DNA of 22,880 nucleotides from Candidatus Iainarchaeum sp. (GCA_043812975.1 JBDRLP010000013.1:1-22880); one strand, 5' to 3'. Positions 16,501-22,880 are shown, numbered from the stretch's first letter. The notes: generated by a model from the sequence alone, not told the origin. Numbers and translations: made by a program.

Positions 16501-17707
16501 TCTGGATGGCATATTCAGCGAAGACAGAATTACTTTTGAAGGTCTTGAGCTTGATGAAGCATTACCTGTAACAGGACTTTATGCAGTAACAATTACTCTT
16601 GATTATGATAATGGCAATCAATTATTTTTCGTTGGTTCCGGAGGAAGCCAACAACTGAATGTCAGGGTCAATGTTAACTTTACAAAAATCCAGGAACTCT
16701 CAAACGAAAACCAGTTTTATTACCTGCCTTTTGATGGGGTTGTAGGAAGAGAAGTACTTCCTTCAGGATCTGTAGTGCTAAAAAGAGATGGTTATGGGGT
16801 TGGTTTCACAGGGGATATTTCAGAATTAGGTTTGTATGATGTCGGCAGTTCAGGAAGCCCTGTGATTGATGCTGTTCAGGGTACTCCTCTTGTGCCTTCA
16901 GTTCAAATTATCAAATCAACAGACTTTAAGGTACTTAATAATACTTCAAGAGGCAATCTTTTAGGCATAATTCCTCATCAGGGAGGCAAATCTATTTACT
17001 ATACTCCAAGTTATCCAGTTCCGATTTTAATGAAAGCAGAAAATATCAGTGAGAATAATCGTACAGATATTGCAGCGTTCCTTGTACTAAGAAAGACCGG
17101 TACAATTGTTGATATTGAAACTTCTTCATTAACCGAGTGGGATGCATTCTCCTCAAACCTGACACCATCATGCACGGTATTCAGTGGTGAAAATGCTTTA
17201 GAATTCAGAAACTATGAGGACGGGCTACTTGGAGATAGTGAAACAACTTGTGATAATCCAAATGATCCTAATGATTCTTTTGGATTTGAATGGGCAGACA
17301 CGGAACCTAAAGGGGTTGTTTCCAATAAAACAATATTCTATGTTCCGGATAATTCAAGTTATTCAATTACAAATGCATGTACTAATATTGCTGAAAAAGC
17401 AAGAGTAAGCTTTATTAGTCATGGGGCTACAATTAGTACTGATAGTTCTTCTGGTACTAATTTAGATTTAAGAAGTAATATTATGGGTTCAAGTGTTCAG
17501 AGCGTAACTTCTTTAGCAGATATTTTCCAGCTTATTGAGGATGAGTATATATGTGTTTCAACAGAAGAATCAGGGGTTGCGAATGAACAATCCACAAAGT
17601 TCTGGTGGAACCCTAAAAAGGTATTCAATGATCTGGCAATAAGCCAGAAAGTATCTATCTGTTCGCTAGAGATATGCAGCGAAAGTCCTGAAGCTTGTGC
17701 AAGTTAA
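10550..17707 (+). CDS. Giant (2385 aa) N-terminally membrane-anchored surface protein: carboxypeptidase-regulatory/prealbumin-like Ig repeats, Cys-rich segment, vWA domain
   Basis: TM helix at about aa 47-70. Repeated V.D..G.PV..A.V...TD..G units (e.g. VIDGFGRPVEGANVKF...TDSEG). MIDAS motif LIDTSGSMD at about aa 1633 with a downstream VIISDSDP. Acidic and S/T-rich. The ORF is uninterrupted for 7.1 kb. Confidence 0.85.
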   Translation: MAENGIFDQIKQFYLSMEDKYYDVLDKINKKIPILKITDAIDKVFPSFLLLLILLFLFFIASIAVVFILVTGSSVATIHVIDDDGDSVADVSVELTFSDGTTKDLKTDAFGRFSFNLNGEEVEINIEDEEYESFNETVTVSATEETEIVLTKLGAASSLLQKAIEVKDFDTQNPLTGAQISFRCSNNPALAPSSIYNADTIENVLVDSSCGILTATLRLSGFEDATRTLTGPKTIILMKKVSQETFDSRVIVNVTAEDTGDALVGMSMVLYKDGEIHARGQSDATGRKVFDVAPGEYYVKVTDTSFPAVYYTTESAKINVQAGDTETIAVKMPLITSDDPVGKIQLKFVDKKSGSPIENVQAVFFEDGVYSAAPPSNSSSKGRVDLFNADFNKSYSVSASHPDYIFKITLDLPVIALNNTEVKEIELVKAESPAKFGDIIVLVQNGEETPIKDAQVHLFDKDIEFSILTGTTNSEGKITFKNMPVGLFKAVASATGQDGESPYTQLNSGVNLLLEITLILQKGTIEVEVIDGFGRPVEGANVKFVDEFAGRLTDEVTDSEGKIDPQEFYWNLKPYLEVTKSGYLLSRTSAYDLAPKSTTEVQVVLRETEYIDQLTCVSNQDLCIGLGFNAIIENTPRRKVATMFEENKHYILLFDVYVGKDMEDVTAVVRTGLEADMTAGASNIVIEGGAGAGEASFIRDDSYNTQDNYVVASPTNNDGKQALVSFGDLAAGLYSFEVEIFIKPNQEDDAEIEIRYGVTGVSGSTDLYVPNEDELIFLFFQLNEPISCDPENADCPNFIFSGSIRPDVEGGVARALDPDGIQELTIGTEYEIILNITYLNQEVGVLSNVSMDATHNSNALTVSPNPLSIGSLLPNSLTSIAFTVTPELSTGLTSIDFELSENLPENSISYEFSIAEQEAMSISAHPRQIIENTSTFVGIEVTSPQDNPVSGAVVEWASTWDGFDGTNVLPYTDALGITGVTIPPRDKGDHIYFKATSPYYKESDVLEVKVVDSSSFELSPFSFACVSITDGGGSALQDAGLGFEGEYLIPVIHGNQAIFEINTLNCPKNVKVALNVGTSSSNAAGSDSGRITLRDGANIELGNDCARTEEGPIPCDARTLSTTDSLTVKAHANKLLGEYDVEIRLMYEGDPGYYLTNIVRIIVERSAGEQTFSISKPYFNIFNGPDTAVITNNSFVDIDNFWYPKVDLPADIIREYNIDPDRYADIPSSATVDWTVTLVGTKTNTSYLTVESEAEPACIDHRSVTCLDCTWLCSQSSNTTSCEAPAGTCQRNGITLKIPNPADVTAIKLEEVWFAPGGGGEIFIVKSDGSKTRIYNKTPEGCSASPIGSEILDSAFDLTDILIVDGAQTGVTFDVKASTGAGCTEHAYVGAKISIDSGSEPINYTFSDSKTISISIDNAADSYDLGTVDLSEIPPLDPSSGDFIIPKVTTTNPMFDVWLEQGTTSLTVKGLFIGSTEYVKSKDIDITASNISLIGRDYGLLMVEDYVLPTGDTAVETSPFSYTITVANDAGEELPRPSTAEFVIPYDGEEHELTGTALTGVAHTIELPSLSGTIVSYSIEAPEGSPVVVYFKEGDTGDPASVILGSTPPTKVFARTAYTQESSNSVQAIMLIDTSGSMDNEWDTVCAVSDKIEANLKAAGFDVDFSIYGMEVERGCATGKVQWPADFNIIADDPVTMVTADFYDHKEEAWGVLGYELIDKFDWDSDSRKMIVIISDSDPTGVGRETECAFLWFGCTTRSMWRDGIETKVVNQLVKKANDNGVSLFFISPIDMESKTMNKISDPLKNDAEELMEWAARQTGGAWQQYSAEPDTDFSVQRFALLIERSLYPKDTEYFHVRVDAGKDNVCYGANDITGVTGPNAIPKIITSWSRDAVLVDSCDKYVFGSRATENNEAFAYCDAAQFSTEILKKLERYEDEVIGSGDSTYASEYLNFESYLIRDGYTADFVADYGEYIQSTFFEGTTTLDGIFSEDRITFEGLELDEALPVTGLYAVTITLDYDNGNQLFFVGSGGSQQLNVRVNVNFTKIQELSNENQFYYLPFDGVVGREVLPSGSVVLKRDGYGVGFTGDISELGLYDVGSSGSPVIDAVQGTPLVPSVQIIKSTDFKVLNNTSRGNLLGIIPHQGGKSIYYTPSYPVPILMKAENISENNRTDIAAFLVLRKTGTIVDIETSSLTEWDAFSSNLTPSCTVFSGENALEFRNYEDGLLGDSETTCDNPNDPNDSFGFEWADTEPKGVVSNKTIFYVPDNSSYSITNACTNIAEKARVSFISHGATISTDSSSGTNLDLRSNIMGSSVQSVTSLADIFQLIEDEYICVSTEESGVANEQSTKFWWNPKKVFNDLAISQKVSICSLEICSESPEACAS

Positions 17708-18057
17708 ATCTAATAACTAATTTATTGATCAAATCATTGACCAAGTAAAGTTAAGCAAAGCTGATTGATAACTAATTTTTTCGGTTAGTAATCTGTTAGT
17801 TGGCATGCAAAATATTGACCAAACAAATGTGTGTGTTAAATTATTGCTTGTATCTTTGAGGGATAAAGTATTGTTTTCTAAGTTTGGGTTATTTTACTAA
17901 AAAGTCTATATGCTCTACTACTCCATTCTCTCTAGCTGATAGTCAATATCAAAATTTTTTATTAAATAGTTTGAGTTTGTTGCAATCAGCAAGCCTTATG
18001 TGAGGGGGAAAATTAGTGGATTGATAGTTTGATTAAAAGTTTTTTTTAAAATTTGAT

Positions 18058-18831
18058 TTACTGGCAATTCGCATCTGCGAAATCCTGGCCTTTCAAAGTG
18101 AGATTGTGTTTAAAGTAATAATCATTACCGAACTCGAAGGTTAGAGTTACAGCTCCTAGAGTATTTCCAATGAATAAGTATGGTGCTGTGCTTCTCAGAA
18201 GATCCTTCTGGTAAATATCGGTTGTTTTTCCTGCTTTAGCTTCAAAATCATAAGCTGCGTTGGTTGTGATTGAATCATCTGCACTTTCAGATTTTGATTT
18301 TAGAGTAATTCTATCAGCATAACTAAAATCACTTGTTCCTGTGTTCTTAAACTTAACAATCTTTACTGCTAAACCTCTTTCTCCCTCAAAATCCAGTGTA
18401 CACCAGAAGGTTAAATTCTCAACTTTAATATCTTCCAGCAATTCTGCGTCTGGTTCAGGCTCTGCTTCACATTCGCATGAAGAATTACAAACCTGACTTG
18501 AACTACAATCTGAATTAGATTCACAATCCTCTCCATCTTCTACATCCCCATTACCACAAACCGGATTAGTATTTGTGTTAGAATTATCATTATTTTGTGT
18601 ATCTGTATTAGAATTATCATTGTTAGTATTTGTGTTAGAATTGCCTGTAGTATCAGTAATAGTGGTATTAGGGCTAGTGTCAATTAAAGGAGTAGCATCA
18701 ACAACATTTGCTGGTTCATTTGTAACAAAAAATAGTACAAATCCAGTGACTGTTACAACCCCGATTAGTGCTACAAATAAAAACACGAGTCCGACTACAA
18801 GCACTAATGCAATGATTTTATCTCTGTCCAT
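18058..18831 (-). CDS. Membrane-anchored protein with a Thr/Asn-rich linker, a Cys-rich (CGNG..E..E.C) module and a C-terminal beta-rich domain
   Basis: Likely start MDRDKIIALV at ATG 18831, with a TATA box about 25 nt upstream. Long hydrophobic N-terminus. VCGNGDVEDGEDCESNSDCSSSQVCNSSCEC resembles Myxococcus-type cysteine-rich repeats. Confidence 0.78.
   Translation of the reverse strand: MDRDKIIALVLVVGLVFLFVALIGVVTVTGFVLFFVTNEPANVVDATPLIDTSPNTTITDTTGNSNTNTNNDNSNTDTQNNDNSNTNTNPVCGNGDVEDGEDCESNSDCSSSQVCNSSCECEAEPEPDAELLEDIKVENLTFWCTLDFEGERGLAVKIVKFKNTGTSDFSYADRITLKSKSESADDSITTNAAYDFEAKAGKTTDIYQKDLLRSTAPYLFIGNTLGAVTLTFEFGNDYYFKHNLTLKGQDFADANCQ
18566..18642. repeat. In-frame imperfect tandem repeat (30 + 27 bp units) encoding the NSNTxT(Q)NND linker
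   Basis: TTAGTATTTGTGTTAGAATT occurs at 18566-18585 and 18623-18642. TTAGAATTATCATT occurs at 18578-18591 and 18608-18621. Confidence 0.85.
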
Positions 18832-18888
18832 TAGTAAAAATAGTGGATAAATATTATTTAAAAGCATACTGTTGCATAACTAAATTGA
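18832..18888. promoter_or_regulatory. Compact divergent promoter with a single central TATA-like element
   Basis: TATTTAAAA at 18855-18863 reads TTTTAAATA on the - strand and lies midway between ATG 18831(-) and ATG 18889(+). Confidence 0.55.
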
Positions 18889-19296
18889 ATGCAATCTACT
18901 TCCAATGCGACTGAAGAAAAAATACTCCTGAATGGTACTCATTTAATGCTTGAATGCTTTGACTGTGATAAAGAGTTACTTAGCGACAAGCGAAAAATAA
19001 CTTCTTTTTTAGGAGAACTTCCGTCCAAAATTGGTATGAGAATTCTGAAAGAACCAATTGTTGTTGATTATGAGGGAAATGATTCCTGGGATAAAGGCGG
19101 AATCACTGGTTTTGTGCTTATAACTGAAAGCCACATTAGTATTCATACTTTTCCTAGTGAAGGATTTTTTACTGCTGATGTTTACTCCTGCAAACAATTC
19201 GAAGTTGAAGGAGTTATTTCATTATTCAAAGAATTTTTCAAGTCAAAAAAAGAAAGAATTCAGGTTGCCAAAAGGGAGCTTGAGTTCAGCAAGTGA
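18889..19296 (+). CDS. speD: Pyruvoyl-dependent S-adenosylmethionine decarboxylase-family proenzyme (substrate uncertain)
   Basis: GTHLMLE, GGITGFVLITE-SHISIHTFP (E|S self-cleavage site), DVYSCK. Confidence 0.85.
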   Translation: MQSTSNATEEKILLNGTHLMLECFDCDKELLSDKRKITSFLGELPSKIGMRILKEPIVVDYEGNDSWDKGGITGFVLITESHISIHTFPSEGFFTADVYSCKQFEVEGVISLFKEFFKSKKERIQVAKRELEFSK

Positions 19297-19305
19297 GGTG
19301 CTATT

Positions 19306-20703
19306 ATGGGGGAACTGGTTTATTCAGATACAGCAAAAGATATGATGGATGTATATTTTATTTATGAAGATGAAAAGCACATTCAGGGAACACCAAAATC
19401 ATTCAAAGGAAAAAAACTTGAAACAATTTATTTACCTGAAAAAAATATTTTTGTTGTCGGGTTAGGAAAAAAAGAAGAACTAAAAATCGATTATTTCAGA
19501 AGAGGCGCTGCTACTGCAGTAAAAACAGCTTCAACTTACAAGATATCCGGAATTCACTTTTCAATAAATAACCTGACTAAAGAAAATTGTACAGCATTAT
19601 TAGAAGGAGCAATGCTTGCCAATTATTTTTTTGATAAATACAAGTCAAAAGATGATAAGTTTTTCAAAATAGAAAAGTTTTCATTTCCAAAAAAAGCAAA
19701 TGCTTATTCAAAAGAACTGAACAATGCTATTTTGGTTTGTAAAAATGTTTACCTAACCCGAGACCTTGTTTCTGATTCAAGTGATGTTATTACTCCTGAT
19801 TTGTTAGAAAAACTATCAAGGAGAATTACTTTAAAATCAAAAGCAAAACTAAAAATGAAAGTATTGCATGAAAAAGAACTCAAAAAACAAGGATTAGATC
19901 TTCTTTATGGGGTTGGAAAAGCAGGGACAAGTAAACCACGTCTAATAATGCTTGAATATAATGGAAATAAAGGTTCTAAAGACAAAATAATGTTTGTTGG
20001 TAAAGGAATTACTTTTGATTCGGGTGGCCTTAATATTAAAATATGTAATCATATGCTTGAAATGCGTACAGATATGGCCGGGGCAGCAACCGTATTAAGC
20101 ATCATTAAGAGTGCTGTTGAATTGAAAATGAAAAAAAATATTGTTGTATTAATGCCCTGTGCTGAAAACCTTGTTGATTCAACATCCCAAAGGCCAGGGG
20201 ATATTATAAAATCTTATTCCGGAAAAACAGTTGAAAATATGAATACTGATGCAGAAGGACGTTTAGTTCTTGCTGATGCAATTGCTTACGGAGTTAAAAA
20301 ATACAATCCAAAATTGGTTGTTGAATACTCAACCCTTACAGGTGCAATTGTTGCTGCTTTAGGGTCTCATTGTGCCGGAATGGTTTCAACTTCAAAAGAA
20401 TATCAGGACAAAATGTTTGAAGCAGGCTTAAGCACTTATGAAAGAGTATGGCCAATGCCTCTTTTTGAGGAATATTTAGAAGAGGTTAAAGGAGAAAGAG
20501 CTGATTTCAGGTCATTGAACAAAACAAGAAAGAATGGTGCGATTTTTGGCGGAGCATTCTTATCCAAATTTTGCGAAGGTAAACCATTCATTCACATTGA
20601 TGTTGCAGGAACAGCAATGCTGGAAGACCCAAAAGATTACATGCCAAAAGCAGGTTCTGGTTTTGGGGTCAGGTTAGCAATATCATTCTTGGAAAATTTA
20701 TAA
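19306..20703 (+). CDS. pepA: M17 family leucyl (cytosol) aminopeptidase
   Basis: VGKGITFDSGG..IK, DMAGAA, NTDAEGRL, TLTGA, HIDVAG. SD motif GAGGTG at 19295-19300 overlaps the upstream stop. Confidence 0.95.
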   Translation: MGELVYSDTAKDMMDVYFIYEDEKHIQGTPKSFKGKKLETIYLPEKNIFVVGLGKKEELKIDYFRRGAATAVKTASTYKISGIHFSINNLTKENCTALLEGAMLANYFFDKYKSKDDKFFKIEKFSFPKKANAYSKELNNAILVCKNVYLTRDLVSDSSDVITPDLLEKLSRRITLKSKAKLKMKVLHEKELKKQGLDLLYGVGKAGTSKPRLIMLEYNGNKGSKDKIMFVGKGITFDSGGLNIKICNHMLEMRTDMAGAATVLSIIKSAVELKMKKNIVVLMPCAENLVDSTSQRPGDIIKSYSGKTVENMNTDAEGRLVLADAIAYGVKKYNPKLVVEYSTLTGAIVAALGSHCAGMVSTSKEYQDKMFEAGLSTYERVWPMPLFEEYLEEVKGERADFRSLNKTRKNGAIFGGAFLSKFCEGKPFIHIDVAGTAMLEDPKDYMPKAGSGFGVRLAISFLENL

Positions 20704-20708
20704 GTTTT

Positions 20709-21527
20709 TTAAACAAGTTTTCCAAATTCTTTCGGAGTATCCTTGTCAAACTGAACCATTCCTGATTCAGTTAATTTGTGTGAAAATAATTCTTTAAAAA
20801 CCCCGAATGGCATTGTAGCAATATCTGCTCCTTCCAAAGCACATTCCCTAACCTGTCTTGCATTTCTCAAAGAAGCCGCAAGAACTTCTGATTTAATATT
20901 ATAATTTTTGAAAATTTGCACGCATTCAGCAATCAAATCAATTCCGGAAACAATTCCATTATCATTCAGCATATTTTCATCATCTTCTATTCCGCCGGAT
21001 GGGAAGTAATCTGTTTTGTCAAATTTCATTTTTGCTTCTGTTCTCAGAAGATCATCAATCCTTCCTGCAAAAGGACTGACAAAATTAGCTCCTGCTTTTG
21101 CAGCTGCTAATGCCTGTTCAGGAGTAAAAATTAATGTGCAGTTCACTGGGATTTTTGCTTTCCTTAATGCTTTGATTGCAATTAAACCATCAAATTCCTT
21201 TCCTTCTTCGTTTGGAAAACTTGGGTTTACCGGAATTTTGATGTAAACATTTTTTGCCACGGGATTAAATTTTTTGAAAAGCTTTTTTCCCTGTTCAATC
21301 ATTCCTTTTGAATCAAGTTTTGTAACTTCTAATGATACTGGAGTTCCTTTTGCAATCTTTAATGCTTGTTTAATGTATTTTTCAAGACTCATTTTTTCCC
21401 CTTTGGCTTTAGCCTGCTCAACAGCCTTTTTCACCAGAGAAGGGTTCATTGTTATGCCGTCGCAAATCCCTGCTTTGTAAACAGTTTCTATTTCACTCAA
21501 AATTGCAGAATCCAAAAAGAACTTCAT
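20709..21527 (-). CDS. tal: Transaldolase (short TalC/MipB-FSA subfamily)
   Basis: MKFFLDSA, GITMNPSL, IKIP (Schiff-base Lys), NCTLIF, SPFAGRIDD, AASLR. Glu in SLEV and Phe in SPF favour transaldolase over FSA. SD motif GAGGTGG upstream. Confidence 0.9.
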   Translation of the reverse strand: MKFFLDSAILSEIETVYKAGICDGITMNPSLVKKAVEQAKAKGEKMSLEKYIKQALKIAKGTPVSLEVTKLDSKGMIEQGKKLFKKFNPVAKNVYIKIPVNPSFPNEEGKEFDGLIAIKALRKAKIPVNCTLIFTPEQALAAAKAGANFVSPFAGRIDDLLRTEAKMKFDKTDYFPSGGIEDDENMLNDNGIVSGIDLIAECVQIFKNYNIKSEVLAASLRNARQVRECALEGADIATMPFGVFKELFSHKLTESGMVQFDKDTPKEFGKLV

Positions 21528-21610
21528 TAAACCACCTCTAGAATTAGAAGTGAATTAATTATAAAAGTTGCTTTTGAAAGTTTAAATAGTACTTGAATCT
21601 TAATTTTAAG

Positions 21611-22117
21611 ATGGCTAAAAGAGCAATTCCTATTGTTCAGAATGGCAGAAGAAGCATCCCTGATTCTAAGGAGAGATTAAAAAGATTAATGAAATCCCCT
21701 AAGTTTGATTTTAACAAGGCTTATCGCGAAGCGTATCCTAAACCGATTATATCTACTATTAAACCTGAAAAATTCAATGCTGTTTGTACTTTACTTCTTG
21801 CAAGTGATTATAGCGGAGGCTTAATTGCAAGACTGCTTAATGTTGACCCTACTAATGTAAATAATATAAATAAAAAATTGAAATTACGTTCGCAAAGAGA
21901 CGTAGAAGTGATTAAAGCACTTGCTCAGAGCAAAGCACATGTAAAGCTTAAAACCCCAAAACCAACTCCTCGAGCTACCCGTACTCCAAAACCTAAACCA
22001 TTAAAGTTTTGGCAAAGAGGATTAGCACTTCTTAGAAGAGATAAAAGTCTTAAACCCGAATTGAGGAAACGATTGATTGAAAGAGCAGAAGCTGAAATTG
22101 CTCAAAGAACAAAGTAA
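21611..22117 (+). CDS. Very basic hypothetical protein with a probable helix-turn-helix
   Basis: ATG 21611 is preferred over TTG 21593, with GAAAG-TTTAAATA about 22 nt upstream. LLLASDYSGGLIARLLNVDPTNVNNI is HTH-like. The K/R/P-rich tract reads KTPKPTPRATRTPKPKP. Confidence 0.65.
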   Translation: MAKRAIPIVQNGRRSIPDSKERLKRLMKSPKFDFNKAYREAYPKPIISTIKPEKFNAVCTLLLASDYSGGLIARLLNVDPTNVNNINKKLKLRSQRDVEVIKALAQSKAHVKLKTPKPTPRATRTPKPKPLKFWQRGLALLRRDKSLKPELRKRLIERAEAEIAQRTK

Positions 22118-22122
22118 AATAA

Positions 22123-22728
22123 TTACTCTTTTGCTTTCTTATACAATTCTTCCACTTTTTTCCAGTTGATTACATTATAGAAAGCCTCAATATACTCCGG
22201 CCTCCTGTTCTGGTACTTCAAATAGTATGAGTGCTCCCACACATCAATAAGAAGAATCGGTTTTTTCCCTTCACTCAAGGGAGTATCCTGATTAGACATT
22301 TTCGCTATTTCGAGTTTTCCATTATCAACCGCAAGTACTGCCCAACCCGAACCGAATTGCGTGGCTGCTGCTTCGCTGAATTTCTTTTTGAATTCGTCAA
22401 AAGAACCAAAAGCAGAATTGATTGCTTCTGCTATTTTTCCTTCAGGAATTCCTCCTGCATTAGAGCCCATAATTTCCCAATAAAGAGCATGGTTATAGAA
22501 TCCTCCGCCATTGTTTCGAACAGCAGTTCTTTTATCCTCAGGAATCGCATCCAAATCCCCTAAAATTTCTTCAATGGTTTTGTTCTCAAAATCAGACCCT
22601 TTAATCGCAGCATTAAATTTATCAGTGTAAGCCTGATGATGCTTATCATGGTGTATGTGCATTGTTTGCTCATCTAGATGAGGCTCGAGTGCATTATACT
22701 CATAAGGTAGTTTTGGTAATTCAAACAT
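22123..22728 (-). CDS. sodA: Superoxide dismutase, Fe/Mn family (Mn-type signature)
   Basis: [50 protein letters not shown] motif GGAGGG upstream. Confidence 0.96.
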   Translation of the reverse strand: MFELPKLPYEYNALEPHLDEQTMHIHHDKHHQAYTDKFNAAIKGSDFENKTIEEILGDLDAIPEDKRTAVRNNGGGFYNHALYWEIMGSNAGGIPEGKIAEAINSAFGSFDEFKKKFSEAAATQFGSGWAVLAVDNGKLEIAKMSNQDTPLSEGKKPILLIDVWEHSYYLKYQNRRPEYIEAFYNVINWKKVEELYKKAKE

Positions 22729-22743
22729 ATTATCCCTCCAAAA

Positions 22744-22787
22744 AATTAACGATTGTTAATTATAATAGTGCTTAAACCTTTATAAAA
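22744..22787 (-). promoter_or_regulatory. sod promoter: TATA box plus an 18-bp palindrome near the predicted transcription start
   Basis: TTTTATAAA on the - strand at about 22779-22787, and AATTAAC-GATT-GTTAATT at 22744-22761. Confidence 0.55.
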
Positions 22788-22802
22788 CTATTTTTGAATT
22801 CA

Positions 22803-22880
22803 TCAAATCAGGGTTGTTTGATCTGAGAAGTCTTTTTTTAGGTTTATGTACCTTTTCAATTCAGCTTTCACATTGTTGCG
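22803..22880 (-). CDS. 3' end of an unidentified gene entering from beyond the window
   Basis: Open frame ...RNNVKAELKRYINLKKDFSDQTTLI* ends at TGA 22805-22803, just upstream of the sod promoter. Only 25 residues are visible. Confidence 0.5.
   Translation of the reverse strand, partial: RNNVKAELKRYINLKKDFSDQTTLI

Noticed and set aside
10550..17707. Intein, frameshift or DNA-level repeat array in the giant gene
   Set aside because: No LAGLIDADG or Hint motifs were recognised, the frame is continuous, and the repeats are visible only as diverged protein motifs.
17708..18057. CRISPR array, tRNA or canonical archaeal origin (ORB)
   Set aside because: The repeats are only 8-11 bp and irregularly spaced. 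There is no cloverleaf or T-loop, no TCCA-GAAAC ORB core, and no adjacent orc1/cdc6 or cas gene.
18566..18642. CRISPR-like repeat
   Set aside because: It is an in-frame coding tandem duplication without unique spacers.
20709..21527. Fructose-6-phosphate aldolase (fsa)
   Set aside because: It has Glu (SLEV) and Phe (SPF) where FSA has Gln and Tyr.
1827..21610. Longest-ORF starts at 1827, 5322, 18867 and 21593
   Set aside because: Downstream ATGs (1842, 5277, 18831, 21611) fit SD or TATA spacing and domain starts better, and the extensions run through promoter DNA or the previous gene.
265..22563. About 35 short ORFs in the track that overlap longer genes (e.g. 1240-1551, 4009-4434, 5729-6106, 15691-16044, 22231-22563)
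   Set aside because: They are antisense or off-frame shadows of well-supported genes and show no recognisable motifs.

Overview
AT-rich, very gene-dense archaeal DNA. It shows TATA boxes about 25 nt before several ATGs, GAGGTG Shine-Dalgarno motifs and 0-10 bp gaps between genes. Style and content suggest a DPANN-type lineage, which is an inference. In order: a partial ArsR-type regulator; a secreted DUF4430 + QW-repeat barrel protein and a membrane-anchored partner; a six-gene sugar cluster (GH100-like hydrolase, GT4, PIG-L deacetylase, PfkB kinase-NagB deaminase fusion, GT4 fused to an uncharacterised helical domain, GH130 phosphorylase); a 2385-aa membrane-anchored surface protein with Ig-like repeats and a vWA domain; a 350-bp non-coding gap; a Cys-rich membrane protein; an AdoMetDC-family decarboxylase; leucyl aminopeptidase; transaldolase; a basic HTH-like protein; Mn/Fe SOD; and the 3' end of another gene. 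The best candidates for novelty are the sugar cluster (a possible amino-sugar/fructoside synthesis and recycling cycle), the kinase-NagB fusion, an 87-bp four-arm inverted-repeat element inside the cluster, and the giant adhesin-like protein. No rRNA, tRNA, CRISPR array or transposase was seen. All family calls come from motif recognition by eye; no searches were run.
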